The translations under genes and the position numbers were made by a program. From Flavobacteriales bacterium (GTDB lineage: Bacteria > Bacteroidota > Bacteroidia > NS11-12g > UBA9320), in the NCBI GenBank assembly GCA_020635355.1, contig JACJZW010000001.1, positions 256,428 through 320,427 of the forward strand: a DNA stretch of 64,000 nt, in the 5' to 3' direction. Shown here one piece after another: positions 19,693-28,767 of this stretch. A model generated the notes under the pieces. It made no database searches and had not been told where the DNA came from. It saw only the letters and a program-made list of their open reading frames with translations. Position 1 is the first letter of the stretch, and every line of letters starts with the position of its first letter.

Positions 19693-20976
19693 TTACTTAC
19701 TGTTTTTGAGCTGATTGTACAATTCCTCTGGAGAGAGGTTGTCGTCTTTCAATTTACATCGCTTCCCGAGTAAAACGCCCCGAGGTAAGTCCTCCAGATA
19801 AAAGAGTTTACCAATGGTATATGATGAAAACGCCATGGGCCAGCGCACCCCGTCGTAGTATCGGATGATCCGCACATCTCTGGGAACATCGCCATGGTTC
19901 AGAGTGATGACACTGATTTCATCGCCGTACTCCTCGAAAATCATCCGGATGAACATGGTATCCTTCCGAGTGATTTTTTCCTGATTCCAAAAGAAGATAT
20001 ATGTTGGTTTCTTGCGGTAATCCCGAATTTCTTCCCGCTCGTTCTTGATGTTGACGAAACTAAATTCCGGCACCTTCTTCCCCACTTCTAACTTCTTGGT
20101 AAGCACGGCATCCTTAACCTCCTTAAAGTCGATATAGGCACCAGCCGGATCAATGGATATCAACTGATAGCGCTTTTGATTCCATTCAAAATACATGTCG
20201 TCCGTTTGAGGAAGTACGTACGCCATTTCGTCTGTGTTCACCGTGGCATCGGCCGATCCAACATAGAATTTATCGACGCAGGACTCATTGAATAAACCGT
20301 TGTTATTCAAATCCTTGAAGGCTATCACAAAACTGTCGGAGCCCTGAACATATTTACCACCCAGGGTATTCAAACGCTGCTCCCGATAGCAGTAGTTAAT
20401 ATCGGTAAACTGCTTCTTCCCGCTGTGTTTTTTAAAGTGATCCGTCAAAAGGTTTTTGTACCGGATATTCTGACCGTACTCTATACGGGTGATCCTAACC
20501 CGATGCTCGGCACTGGGATTAACCTGATTTTTGAGAGCGAATTCCGTTTCCAGTTGCTGAATGGTCAGGCTGTCCGGTAAACCATCGTCGGTAAAATCCA
20601 GGTTGTTATTTCGATCAATGAAGAAGTAGATGGTGCGGACGGATCGTCTGTAATTGCCAATCAACGTCAAACAATATCCCTGATTGATCTCAGTATTTGC
20701 CCCGGAAAAATACAGGTAGGTATATCCTGTATCCCGCATTCCCTGCATATCCGGCATTTTTCGAATCACCAAATCCGGTTGGGTGTCTTTGGTTTCAACC
20801 CCAAAGAGAGTAAACGGTTCGATGTGGATCGAAACGTATTTGTACACCGGTAAGATGGCCAACGACTTGGAGATTTTGTCATCCTCCAACCGTTGATCCA
20901 ATGGCACCCGAATGGTTTGAGCTTGCAGGTTTATACCCAGCAATAAAAGGAATAAGGTTAGTTGGTGTCTGGTCAT
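19693..20976 (-). CDS. Secreted hypothetical protein; the C-terminal region resembles a TlpA/thioredoxin-like fold lacking CxxC
   Basis: 427 aa. Signal peptide MTRHQLTLFLLLLGINLQAQ. The C-terminal segment KKPTYIFFWNQEKITRKD aligns with the position of the FWASWCxxC motif but has no cysteines. Confidence 0.45.
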   Translation of the reverse strand: MTRHQLTLFLLLLGINLQAQTIRVPLDQRLEDDKISKSLAILPVYKYVSIHIEPFTLFGVETKDTQPDLVIRKMPDMQGMRDTGYTYLYFSGANTEINQGYCLTLIGNYRRSVRTIYFFIDRNNNLDFTDDGLPDSLTIQQLETEFALKNQVNPSAEHRVRITRIEYGQNIRYKNLLTDHFKKHSGKKQFTDINYCYREQRLNTLGGKYVQGSDSFVIAFKDLNNNGLFNESCVDKFYVGSADATVNTDEMAYVLPQTDDMYFEWNQKRYQLISIDPAGAYIDFKEVKDAVLTKKLEVGKKVPEFSFVNIKNEREEIRDYRKKPTYIFFWNQEKITRKDTMFIRMIFEEYGDEISVITLNHGDVPRDVRIIRYYDGVRWPMAFSSYTIGKLFYLEDLPRGVLLGKRCKLKDDNLSPEELYNQLKNSK

Positions 20977-20979
20977 CCC

Positions 20980-21666
20980 TTATCTCCGATTGAGATAAAT
21001 GCTGACATAATAGAGCAACGTTGCCAGCGAACCCATGGCCGCTACCACATAGGTGAGCGCCGCCCATTTCAAGGCATCTTTGGACATGGTGAGCTCCTGA
21101 CTGGTCACGATGTTTCGGTCTTCCAACCAAACCAAGGCTCTTCGACTGGCATCAAACTCAACCGGAAGGGTGATGAAGGAAAAAAGCGTGGTGAGTGCGA
21201 AGAGAACAATTCCGGCTAACAACAAGCCGGGAAATTGATTGATTAAAAGAATTCCTCCCAAAATCACCCAGGTGATCCAAGGTGATGTTAACTGAATCAC
21301 CCCGACCAATCGGCTGCGCATCTGTAACCAGGAATAGGACTTGGCGTGTTGAACCGCGTGTCCGCATTCGTGCGCTGCCACGGCGGCTGCAGCTGCATTT
21401 CGCTGATTGTATACTGCTTCGGAGAGATTTACTGTTTTATCCGCCGGATTGTAGTGATCGGTAAGTTGTCCGCGAACAGAGATCACCTTGACATCAAATA
21501 TGCCGTTATCGTGCAGCATCTTCTCGGCTACTTCCTTGCCGCTCATGTTGTTCCTCAACGGCGTTTGGCTGTATTTTTTGAACTTGGATTTTAGTCGTGA
21601 ACTAACCAACATGCCGATCAAGCCAAAGATCGCGGCGATGATGTATCCAAAATAATAGTTTCCCAT
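20980..21666 (-). CDS. Membrane-bound putative neutral zinc metallopeptidase (Zn_peptidase_2/PF04298-like)
   Basis: Start taken at MGNYYFGYIIAAIFGLIGMLVSSRLKSKFKKY. HECGHAVQH zinc-binding motif. C-terminal TM helices. Confidence 0.65.
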   Translation of the reverse strand: MGNYYFGYIIAAIFGLIGMLVSSRLKSKFKKYSQTPLRNNMSGKEVAEKMLHDNGIFDVKVISVRGQLTDHYNPADKTVNLSEAVYNQRNAAAAAVAAHECGHAVQHAKSYSWLQMRSRLVGVIQLTSPWITWVILGGILLINQFPGLLLAGIVLFALTTLFSFITLPVEFDASRRALVWLEDRNIVTSQELTMSKDALKWAALTYVVAAMGSLATLLYYVSIYLNRR

Positions 21667-21861
21667 TTTTTTTAATTCTAAACGTTTAAACCAAATGACA
21701 AAGGGTATTCCAAATCGAATTACCTGACACATTTAACGAGTAGGATCACGGTTGCAATCAAAAACATGAAGATGGAAATCTTGTTCATGCCATGCATCAT
21801 CCGGATGTATTGGTTATCTGCATTCTCCTTATCCTTTCGAAAAAGCAGATAATCCTTGAAT

Positions 21862-23166
21862 TTACGCCATATCCCCATGTTGTAATCGAATTAGATCCTG
21901 ACCGATATCAGACCGGTAGTACATGCCATCAAATGTAATCTTTGAAACATTGTTGTACGATTGTTTTAAGGCCGAAGACAACTCACTACCCCAGGCTGTT
22001 GCAGCAATTACTCGTCCGCCTGAAGTAACCAATTGGCCGTCACTTTGTTTGGTGCCTGCGTGAAAGAAGACCCCATTTTCTGGTTGACCCAATTGAATTT
22101 CTTTCTGCTTTTCGTATGATTCAGGATAACCACCCGAAACCGTAAATACGGTGGTACAGAATCCATCTGCTACCTCAATCGGAACATCATGTAGTTTTTG
22201 ATTTCGCATGGCTTCGAGTAATTGAACCATGTCATTCTTAATTCGCGGAAAAACAACTTCCGTTTCAGGATCACCCATTCGCACATTGTATTCAATCACC
22301 ATAGGGCCCTTATGTTCCTTGATCAATCCGAAAAACAAAAAGCCTACGTATGGTTCTCCTCGTTCGATAAACCCTTCAAACGTGGGCTCCACAATATTCT
22401 CCTGAACCTGTTGCATGATGGCATCGGTTACAAATGGAACCGGGCTCACCGCTCCCATTCCTCCGGTATTTAATCCGGAATCTCCCTCGCCAATACGCTT
22501 ATAATCCTTCGCCATCGGCAGGATAGCGTAAGATTCGCCGTCGCTGATGGCAAATACAGAAAACTCCACACCAATGATAAAATCCTCGATAACCAGCTTT
22601 TCCGATGCTTCCCCAAATTTTCGTTCGAGCAACATTTCACGAATGAGCTGTTTGGCTTCGTTCACATCTTCGGTAATCAAAACACCTTTACCGGCAGCGA
22701 GTCCATCCGCCTTTAAAACGTAAGGACCAGGGCGATTTTCCACATAAGAAATGGCTTCAGAAACCTGATCAGCCGTGAAGGTGTGATATCCGGCTGTTGG
22801 AATGCGATTTTCCATCATGAATTCCTTGGCAAAATCTTTCGACCCTTCCATTTGTGCGAGTTCTGCCACCGGTCCAAATACAAAAATGTGGGCCAGATCT
22901 TCCCGGCTATGAAAGTAGTCAACAATCCCAGCTACCAGCGGGTCTTCATTTCCAGGAATGATGGTATCAATGCCTTTCTCCAGACAAAACGCAGCAACCG
23001 CCTCAAAATCAAGAGGTGATAAATCCACGTTGGTAGCAAGTTGAGCTGTTCCGGCATTTCCAGGTGCGGCATAGAGGTTTGGCTTGGTGGCTGATTGAGC
23101 CAGCTTCCAGATAAATACGTGCTCCCGACCGCCAGAGCCCAATACAAGAATGTTGTGGGTAGTCAT
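21862..23166 (-). CDS. purD: Phosphoribosylamine--glycine ligase
   Basis: 434 aa. MTTHNILVLGSGGREHVFIWKLAQS N-terminus and ATP-grasp motifs. Confidence 0.9.
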   Translation of the reverse strand: MTTHNILVLGSGGREHVFIWKLAQSATKPNLYAAPGNAGTAQLATNVDLSPLDFEAVAAFCLEKGIDTIIPGNEDPLVAGIVDYFHSREDLAHIFVFGPVAELAQMEGSKDFAKEFMMENRIPTAGYHTFTADQVSEAISYVENRPGPYVLKADGLAAGKGVLITEDVNEAKQLIREMLLERKFGEASEKLVIEDFIIGVEFSVFAISDGESYAILPMAKDYKRIGEGDSGLNTGGMGAVSPVPFVTDAIMQQVQENIVEPTFEGFIERGEPYVGFLFFGLIKEHKGPMVIEYNVRMGDPETEVVFPRIKNDMVQLLEAMRNQKLHDVPIEVADGFCTTVFTVSGGYPESYEKQKEIQLGQPENGVFFHAGTKQSDGQLVTSGGRVIAATAWGSELSSALKQSYNNVSKITFDGMYYRSDIGQDLIRLQHGDMA

Positions 23167-23238
23167 AGGACAAAATTATTTCATCCCGCGCGCCTTCGAG
23201 CAAAACAAGTACTTAATTTTCCCGACTTTTTAAACACG

Positions 23239-24126
23239 TTGAACGCCTCGAAATCACTTCCCATTCTATTACTGATTGTTCTGGCAACGATCTGGGGATC
23301 TTCGTTTATTCTAATGAAGGAAGGTTTGAAGTGTTTTTCAGGTGTTCAAGTTGCTGCCCTGCGCATCACAATTGGTGGTAGCGTTTTCATTCCATTCATT
23401 GGGAGGTATCTCAAACGAATTGAAAAAGCCGACCTCAAATACGCCATATTGGCAGGAGTAATCGGCAATGGGATCCCAGCGTTTCTGTTTGCGATTGGGC
23501 AACAAAAGGTAGACAGCAGTATTGCCGGCGTGCTCAATGCCCTCACCCCGATTTTTACCATTATCATTGGTCTTAGCCTGGGGGTCATTGATTCAAACCG
23601 TTGGAAGATAGCCGGTGTAGTGATTGGTCTTTCGGGTGCAGTGGCTATTATGCTCGGCAAACCAAGTGACGATTTAGCGTTTAATTGGAGTCATTTATTG
23701 ATGATAGTGGTTGCAACCTTTCTATACGGAGCGAACATCAATTTAATCAAAGCCAAGTTAAGTAAGTATCCATCCATCGTGATATCAGCCCTCCCTCTGT
23801 TTTTCATTTCTCTCGGAGGTATCTTCATCTTGGTCTTTTCCGGATTCTTTTCGATCAATCCGGCTGATCACGTGCATTATTCCAAATCCTTTGGCGCTAT
23901 AGCCCTGCTGGCTTTGCTGGGAAATTCATTGAGTTTGATCCTCTTTAACCGACTCATTCAAATCTCCGGGCCCGTTTTTGCCTCGTCGGTTACCTACCTC
24001 ATTCCAATTGTGGCTGTAATCTGGGGATTGTGGGATGGTGAAGTGATTTCCTTGATTCAATCACTCGGACTACTTGCTATCCTCGCCGGGGTTTATATGA
24101 TCAACAGGGTGGCGAATCGAAGCTAG
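23239..24126 (+). CDS. EamA/DMT-family transporter
   Basis: 10 TM helices and two EamA-like halves. The ORF-track TTG start at 23095 would overlap purD by 72 nt. An in-frame TTG at 23239 (MNASKSLPILLLIVLATIW...) is proposed, but the start is uncertain. Confidence 0.6.
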   Translation: MNASKSLPILLLIVLATIWGSSFILMKEGLKCFSGVQVAALRITIGGSVFIPFIGRYLKRIEKADLKYAILAGVIGNGIPAFLFAIGQQKVDSSIAGVLNALTPIFTIIIGLSLGVIDSNRWKIAGVVIGLSGAVAIMLGKPSDDLAFNWSHLLMIVVATFLYGANINLIKAKLSKYPSIVISALPLFFISLGGIFILVFSGFFSINPADHVHYSKSFGAIALLALLGNSLSLILFNRLIQISGPVFASSVTYLIPIVAVIWGLWDGEVISLIQSLGLLAILAGVYMINRVANRS

Positions 24127-24234
24127 AACAGGCGTTTATTCTGGTTCTAACGAACATGTATTCCGAAATGCGGCTAAGCATTCGAGGTTCGCGCCTAAAC
24201 GCACCACACAACACGATTACCCTTCCCAGATCGT

Positions 24235-24582
24235 TCAGTGTAACTTTCGCTCCAGGTCAACCATCTTGCGTTTAAGAACATCAAAATCGGCTTCTACTTC
24301 CCGCAACTGACCAAGTACCATGTGATAGTCACGCTTAACCTCTTCATAGTTCTGTAGATTTTCATCCCCCTTCATCGAACCGTTGCCAGTAAGCAACCAG
24401 GAGGCCGAAATATCCGGGAAAGCATCTATCAACTTTTGCAACACCTCCACACCAACTTTATTGCGACCACTGGCGATATGGCTCATAATAGAAGGTGATA
24501 TCTCCAGAATTCGCGCCAACTGACTCTTAGAGAGAGACTTAACCTCCATTAAATACAAGACCCGAGCATTCAGTTGATCCAT
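24235..24582 (-). CDS. XRE-family helix-turn-helix transcriptional regulator
   Basis: Start at MDQLNARVLYLMEVKSLSKSQLARILEISPSIMSHIASGRNKVGVEVLQKLIDAFPDISASWLLTG (HTH_XRE). The C-terminus is coiled-coil-like. Confidence 0.7.
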   Translation of the reverse strand: MDQLNARVLYLMEVKSLSKSQLARILEISPSIMSHIASGRNKVGVEVLQKLIDAFPDISASWLLTGNGSMKGDENLQNYEEVKRDYHMVLGQLREVEADFDVLKRKMVDLERKLH

Positions 24583-24585
24583 TTC

Positions 24586-24645
24586 ACAAATGTAAAAATG
24601 TTTTAACATTTGTAAAGGGTTACAAACTTTAACATTTGTAAAACA
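24586..24645. promoter_or_regulatory. Two operator-like dyads immediately upstream of the XRE regulator
   Basis: Site 1 is ACAAATGT-N12-ACATTTGT (24586-24613), a perfect 8-bp inverted repeat. Site 2 is TTACAAA-N8-TTTGTAA (24620-24641). A direct repeat AACATTTGTAAA occurs at 24605 and 24631. Confidence 0.45.
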
Positions 24646-24816
24646 TCAAGCCTTGTCGCCAATGCAAAGTCTATCTAATTCACTTTAATAGCACCTTATA
24701 ATGTACTCATTACATGCGTATTACAATTATTCTATTTCCCATTGTTAACAAACTGCCTCCGGGTTCTTTTTGTTGACCATTTGGGCTCTGTATATTTGCC
24801 CTTTAAAGCGCAAAAC

Positions 24817-25383
24817 ATGAGAAAAATCGGAGAAATCAGTGCCGTTGTGATGTTATTGAGTCTGGGTCGGCTCGCGATGACCATTCCAAACCTGGAACCC
24901 ATTGGAACGGCTGCCCTATTTGGTGGTGCGTTGTTAAGCAGTCGTTGGATGAAGTTTGTGATTCCTTTTGTAGCACTCTTTATCGGGGACCTGGTTTTAT
25001 CCGTTATACGCGACGGATATGCCGCCCACCTCTTCTCCCCTTCATTTTTTACGATTTATTTGGCCTTCGGCCTGACGGTAATTATCGGAAACCGCATGAT
25101 TGGCGCGGAAGGGCGAATGAAAAATGTTCTAGGCGCGGCTGTAACATCATCCGTTGTATTTTTTCTGATTACCAACTTTGGATCCTGGATTGATGGACAC
25201 GGCTTATATCCAATGAACTTTGCCGGGTTGATGGAATGTTATGCGGCCGGACTCCTTTTTTATAAGAACGAGCTATTCGGAAGCTTTTTCTTTAACTCAG
25301 TGATGGGCAATGTATTCTTCAGTACCGTTGCCTTTGGTTTATACAACTACTATCAGAAGGTTTTCACACCTTCAGTAGCTTAA
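24817..25383 (+). CDS. Small polytopic membrane protein of unknown function
   Basis: Start taken at MRKIGEISAVVMLL; about 5 TM helices; no catalytic motif. The ORF-track start 24742 adds 25 aa. Confidence 0.45.
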   Translation: MRKIGEISAVVMLLSLGRLAMTIPNLEPIGTAALFGGALLSSRWMKFVIPFVALFIGDLVLSVIRDGYAAHLFSPSFFTIYLAFGLTVIIGNRMIGAEGRMKNVLGAAVTSSVVFFLITNFGSWIDGHGLYPMNFAGLMECYAAGLLFYKNELFGSFFFNSVMGNVFFSTVAFGLYNYYQKVFTPSVA

Positions 25384-25410
25384 CTTAAACCATTCGATAA
25401 GAATCTATCA

Positions 25411-25437
25411 AAAGGCCGGCTAGTCCGGCTTTTTTTA
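25411..25437. terminator. Bidirectional intrinsic terminator between convergent genes
   Basis: AAAG-GCCGG-ctagt-CCGGC-TTTTTTT. The DUF1015 stop codon lies in the T-run. Confidence 0.55.
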
Positions 25438-26637
25438 TGCGATTGGATTCGGCCCGAAGGGCTGAACGAACAACCCAGGACGGCATTTGGGCTCAACAAA
25501 GGTGCTTTTAGGAGGCAATACTCGCGAGGCATCCGAAGTCATGGCGATTTCCCGGAAGGTGCAAGGATGCAATAGAAAGAGGACGTCATCGGCATGTTCC
25601 AGGGTAGACATGACTTCACGAACAGGCGCATCTCCGGCGTAAAAGTCTATTCGCGTATCTGACCGACTATCATGGACGTCAAACACCGGTCCTGCAATTT
25701 TCTGATCGAAAAGATCTACATCCAAACCACCCCAGGAATTTCGGGCAGTTAGCATGAAGGTTCCACTGGTACACTTCATCACAAAGCTTCGCTGATGTTC
25801 CGGGTGCATCACATAATTACCCACCTCTTTGAATTCAAATTCCGGTTCCAGCAGGGTTCTTACTTCGTTCAGATCCTTCCCCACATTTCGTATGAATCGA
25901 TGAAAAGGTGAAATGGCCAGCTGATTGGCATCCAGCACATAACTCAGTGCAAACCGACTGTTTTGATCACGATTAGATTGATAAAGATTCGAGATACTTG
26001 CGATACGATGATGGCCATCCATGATGTAAAAATCACCCGCATTCTGCATTTCCTGCCGTATGCTCGCACAGGTGTCAGAATCGTTAATCACCCAAACACT
26101 GTGTTCCCTTCCGCCCAATTCAAAATGCATTTCGGGCGATTCTGAGGTAATCATCTGAAGTAAATCCTGAAGCGTTTGTCGGTGGTGATGCGCCAATAAG
26201 ACCGGTTCACCAATGATGCCCGTTCTGGAAATCAATTCTGAAATAAATGCTTCTCGTTCGTGGCGGGTATGTTCGTGACGTTTAATGCGATTTTGGTCGT
26301 AATCTTCCATATCGCATAAACCCACCAATCCGGTGTGGGCAGTCCCGTCAATCACTTGCCGATATACGTAATAAGCCTCCCGATCCGGTTGATTAAGGAT
26401 CCGACGTTTGATCAGATCATCCACAAAGTTTCGTGCTTCCGGCATAAAACCCAAAGGTTGCTCCCATCTATTGGGAAACTTCAGGGGCAGTTTGGTTACA
26501 TGTAGGAAGTTATTCGGATTTGATTGAAGATCAGACACTAACGCCCGTTCATTCTCAAAATCAGATGAACTCAATGCCACGTCGGTAACGTGTTCCGAAT
26601 CGGGCATGAATGCCTTGAACGGCAGGAAGTCGGGCAT
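25435..26637 (-). CDS. DUF1015-family conserved protein
   Basis: 400 aa with a conserved MDGHHRIASI motif. The position immediately upstream of serA-serC is a conserved synteny (family assignment from memory). Confidence 0.55.
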   Translation of the reverse strand: MPDFLPFKAFMPDSEHVTDVALSSSDFENERALVSDLQSNPNNFLHVTKLPLKFPNRWEQPLGFMPEARNFVDDLIKRRILNQPDREAYYVYRQVIDGTAHTGLVGLCDMEDYDQNRIKRHEHTRHEREAFISELISRTGIIGEPVLLAHHHRQTLQDLLQMITSESPEMHFELGGREHSVWVINDSDTCASIRQEMQNAGDFYIMDGHHRIASISNLYQSNRDQNSRFALSYVLDANQLAISPFHRFIRNVGKDLNEVRTLLEPEFEFKEVGNYVMHPEHQRSFVMKCTSGTFMLTARNSWGGLDVDLFDQKIAGPVFDVHDSRSDTRIDFYAGDAPVREVMSTLEHADDVLFLLHPCTFREIAMTSDASRVLPPKSTFVEPKCRPGLFVQPFGPNPIA

Positions 26638-26639
26638 GG

Positions 26640-27593
26640 TTATCCGAGAATTTCGGTGATCTTGTCGGCCAGCTCAGCCCCAATTCTGGCCTGAGCCTCA
26701 ACGGTTGCGGCCCCAATATGCGGGGAAAGCGAAACTTCGTCGCGCTTCAGAATATCGAGGTATACCGGAGGTTCTGTTTCAAAAACGTCCAAACCGGCAA
26801 AGGACAGATGTCCGGATATCAGCGCCGCATTCAGAGCTTTTTCATCCACCACTCCTCCGCGAGCGCAGTTCACCAAACCGGCGCCTGGCTTCATGAGATT
26901 AATTTCCCGCTCACCTATCACTTCACCTCCGCCACCTGGAATGTGCAATGAAATAAAGTCACTGTTTTTTAAAACATCATCCAATGACCGGCTGGTTAAT
27001 GTAACCGTTGGATTCGTGAGATTAAGATCCGGATGAAGTCTGATTTCAATATCTACGGCATCAATAAAGGCATCATGGGCCAAGACGTTCATACCCATTC
27101 CCATGGCAATGCGGGCGGTTTCCCGACCAATACGGCCCATACCAATGATACCCAGTGTTTTTCCGTAAAGTTCTCGACCTTTTGACGAAGATTTTTTCAA
27201 TTCCTTAAACCGTACATCCCCTTCATCCGGCATGATTCGATTGGTCTTGTTCAGGAATCGGAGTGCCGATAATAAATGCGCGAAAACCAGTTCGGCCACG
27301 CTATTGGATGACGCCGCTGGTGTATTCACCACATGCAACCCTTTAGAACGGGCATAATCCACATCGATGTTATCCATTCCTACTCCCCCTCTGGCAATGA
27401 CTTTTAAATTGGGAGAAGCATCGATCAATTCCTTCCGAACCTTGGTAGCACTTCGCACCACAATCACGTCGAAGTCATTCAACTTCGTTATCAGTTCTTC
27501 CTGTGGAATATTCTCTGTTTGCACCTCAAATCCGGCTGCTTCCAACTGCTCTTTGCCAATTGGATCGATGCCATCGTTCGCTAAAACTCGCAT
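26640..27593 (-). CDS. serA: D-3-phosphoglycerate dehydrogenase (short form) / D-isomer-specific 2-hydroxyacid dehydrogenase
   Basis: 317 aa with NAD-binding GIIGMGRIGRETARIA and catalytic R/E/H residues (HIGAAT). Adjacent to serC. Confidence 0.8.
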   Translation of the reverse strand: MRVLANDGIDPIGKEQLEAAGFEVQTENIPQEELITKLNDFDVIVVRSATKVRKELIDASPNLKVIARGGVGMDNIDVDYARSKGLHVVNTPAASSNSVAELVFAHLLSALRFLNKTNRIMPDEGDVRFKELKKSSSKGRELYGKTLGIIGMGRIGRETARIAMGMGMNVLAHDAFIDAVDIEIRLHPDLNLTNPTVTLTSRSLDDVLKNSDFISLHIPGGGGEVIGEREINLMKPGAGLVNCARGGVVDEKALNAALISGHLSFAGLDVFETEPPVYLDILKRDEVSLSPHIGAATVEAQARIGAELADKITEILG

Positions 27594-27610
27594 GATTTAT
27601 CGTTTATTGG

Positions 27611-28663
27611 TTAGTTAAAAGTTTTCATCACATCCACCAAGGCCTGCACGCTATCCAGGGTTAGTGCATTGTACATGGACGCCCGGAAACCACCTACAGA
27701 ACGGTGACCTTTGACACCGCTTATATTAGCCTCCTTACATGCATTGAGGAAATCAGCTTCGCGGGAAGGATCGGTCATCAGGAAGGTGGCATTCATCATG
27801 CTTCGATCTTCCTTGCTTACCGGTCCGTTGAATGCCGCATTTCGATCAATTTCATCGTACAGCAACGCTGCTTTCGCTTTATTATCAACTTCAATTTGGT
27901 CGATACCCCGCTCCTTAATCCACTTAAGTGTTTGTAATACCACAAACACGGCAAATACCGGAGGGGTGTTAAACATGGATTCCTTTTCAATATGAGTTCG
28001 ATAATCCAACATGGTTGGGATTACCCGATTCACCTTACCCAGGATGTCCTTTTTAACGACCACCAACGTGGCTCCTGCTGGTCCGAGATTCTTCTGAGCA
28101 CCCGCATAAATAAGATCAAATTTGGTGGCATCAACTCGTCGGCTGAATATGTCTGAGCTCATGTCGCACACCAATGGAACATTGGTTTCCGGAATGTGGT
28201 GGAATTGCGATCCATGAATAGTGTTGTTGCTGGTATAGTGCAGAAAGTCCGCATCCGATGGCGCAACAATATCCTTAGGGATGTACGTATAGCCTTTGTC
28301 TTTGCTGGAGGCCACAACGTCTACCTCCCCAAAGTTTTGGGCCTCTTTGATGGCTTTGGACGACCATGTGCCTGTATCCACGTATGCTCCCTTGGTGTTC
28401 AAGAGGTTGTAGGCCACCATCAGAAATTGCGTACTGGCACCACCTTGAAGGTAGACCACGTCATACGAATCATCCAAACTCCATAATTCCTTGACAATGG
28501 AACACGCCTCATCCATAACTGCCACGTATTCCTTGGATCGATGGGATACTTCGAGAATCGACAGATTGGTTCCTGCGAAATTTTTAAGGGCTTCAATTCC
28601 TGCATCAATAGCCGATTGTGGAAGAACGGCTGGTCCGGCTGAAAAGTTGTGAACTTTAGTCAT
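27611..28663 (-). CDS. serC: Phosphoserine aminotransferase
   Basis: 350 aa. N-terminus MTKVHNFSAGPAVLPQSAIDAG and class-V aminotransferase motifs. Confidence 0.9.
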   Translation of the reverse strand: MTKVHNFSAGPAVLPQSAIDAGIEALKNFAGTNLSILEVSHRSKEYVAVMDEACSIVKELWSLDDSYDVVYLQGGASTQFLMVAYNLLNTKGAYVDTGTWSSKAIKEAQNFGEVDVVASSKDKGYTYIPKDIVAPSDADFLHYTSNNTIHGSQFHHIPETNVPLVCDMSSDIFSRRVDATKFDLIYAGAQKNLGPAGATLVVVKKDILGKVNRVIPTMLDYRTHIEKESMFNTPPVFAVFVVLQTLKWIKERGIDQIEVDNKAKAALLYDEIDRNAAFNGPVSKEDRSMMNATFLMTDPSREADFLNACKEANISGVKGHRSVGGFRASMYNALTLDSVQALVDVMKTFN

Positions 28664-28670
28664 GGCTCAA

Positions 28671-28688
28671 TTTTGCGGCAAAAGTAAT
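28671..28688 (-). promoter_or_regulatory. Putative -7 promoter element TACTTTTG (TAnnTTTG) within the TTACTTTTGCCGCAAAA motif, upstream of serC
   Basis: Reverse complement of 28671-28687 is TTACTTTTGCCGCAAAA. The serC ATG lies about 8 nt downstream. Confidence 0.35.
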
Positions 28689-28767
28689 GGATCGACGCCA
28701 AAGGTGATGTTATCGAATAGCTATTGTTGAACCGTATATTTGCTGGCGTTAAGCAGATTTCAATTAA

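Noticed and set aside
23095-23238. TTG start of the EamA transporter ORF overlapping the divergent purD start by 72 nt
   Set aside because: Divergent genes overlapping at their 5' ends is implausible. The in-frame TTG at 23239 just before TM1 is preferred, though uncertain.
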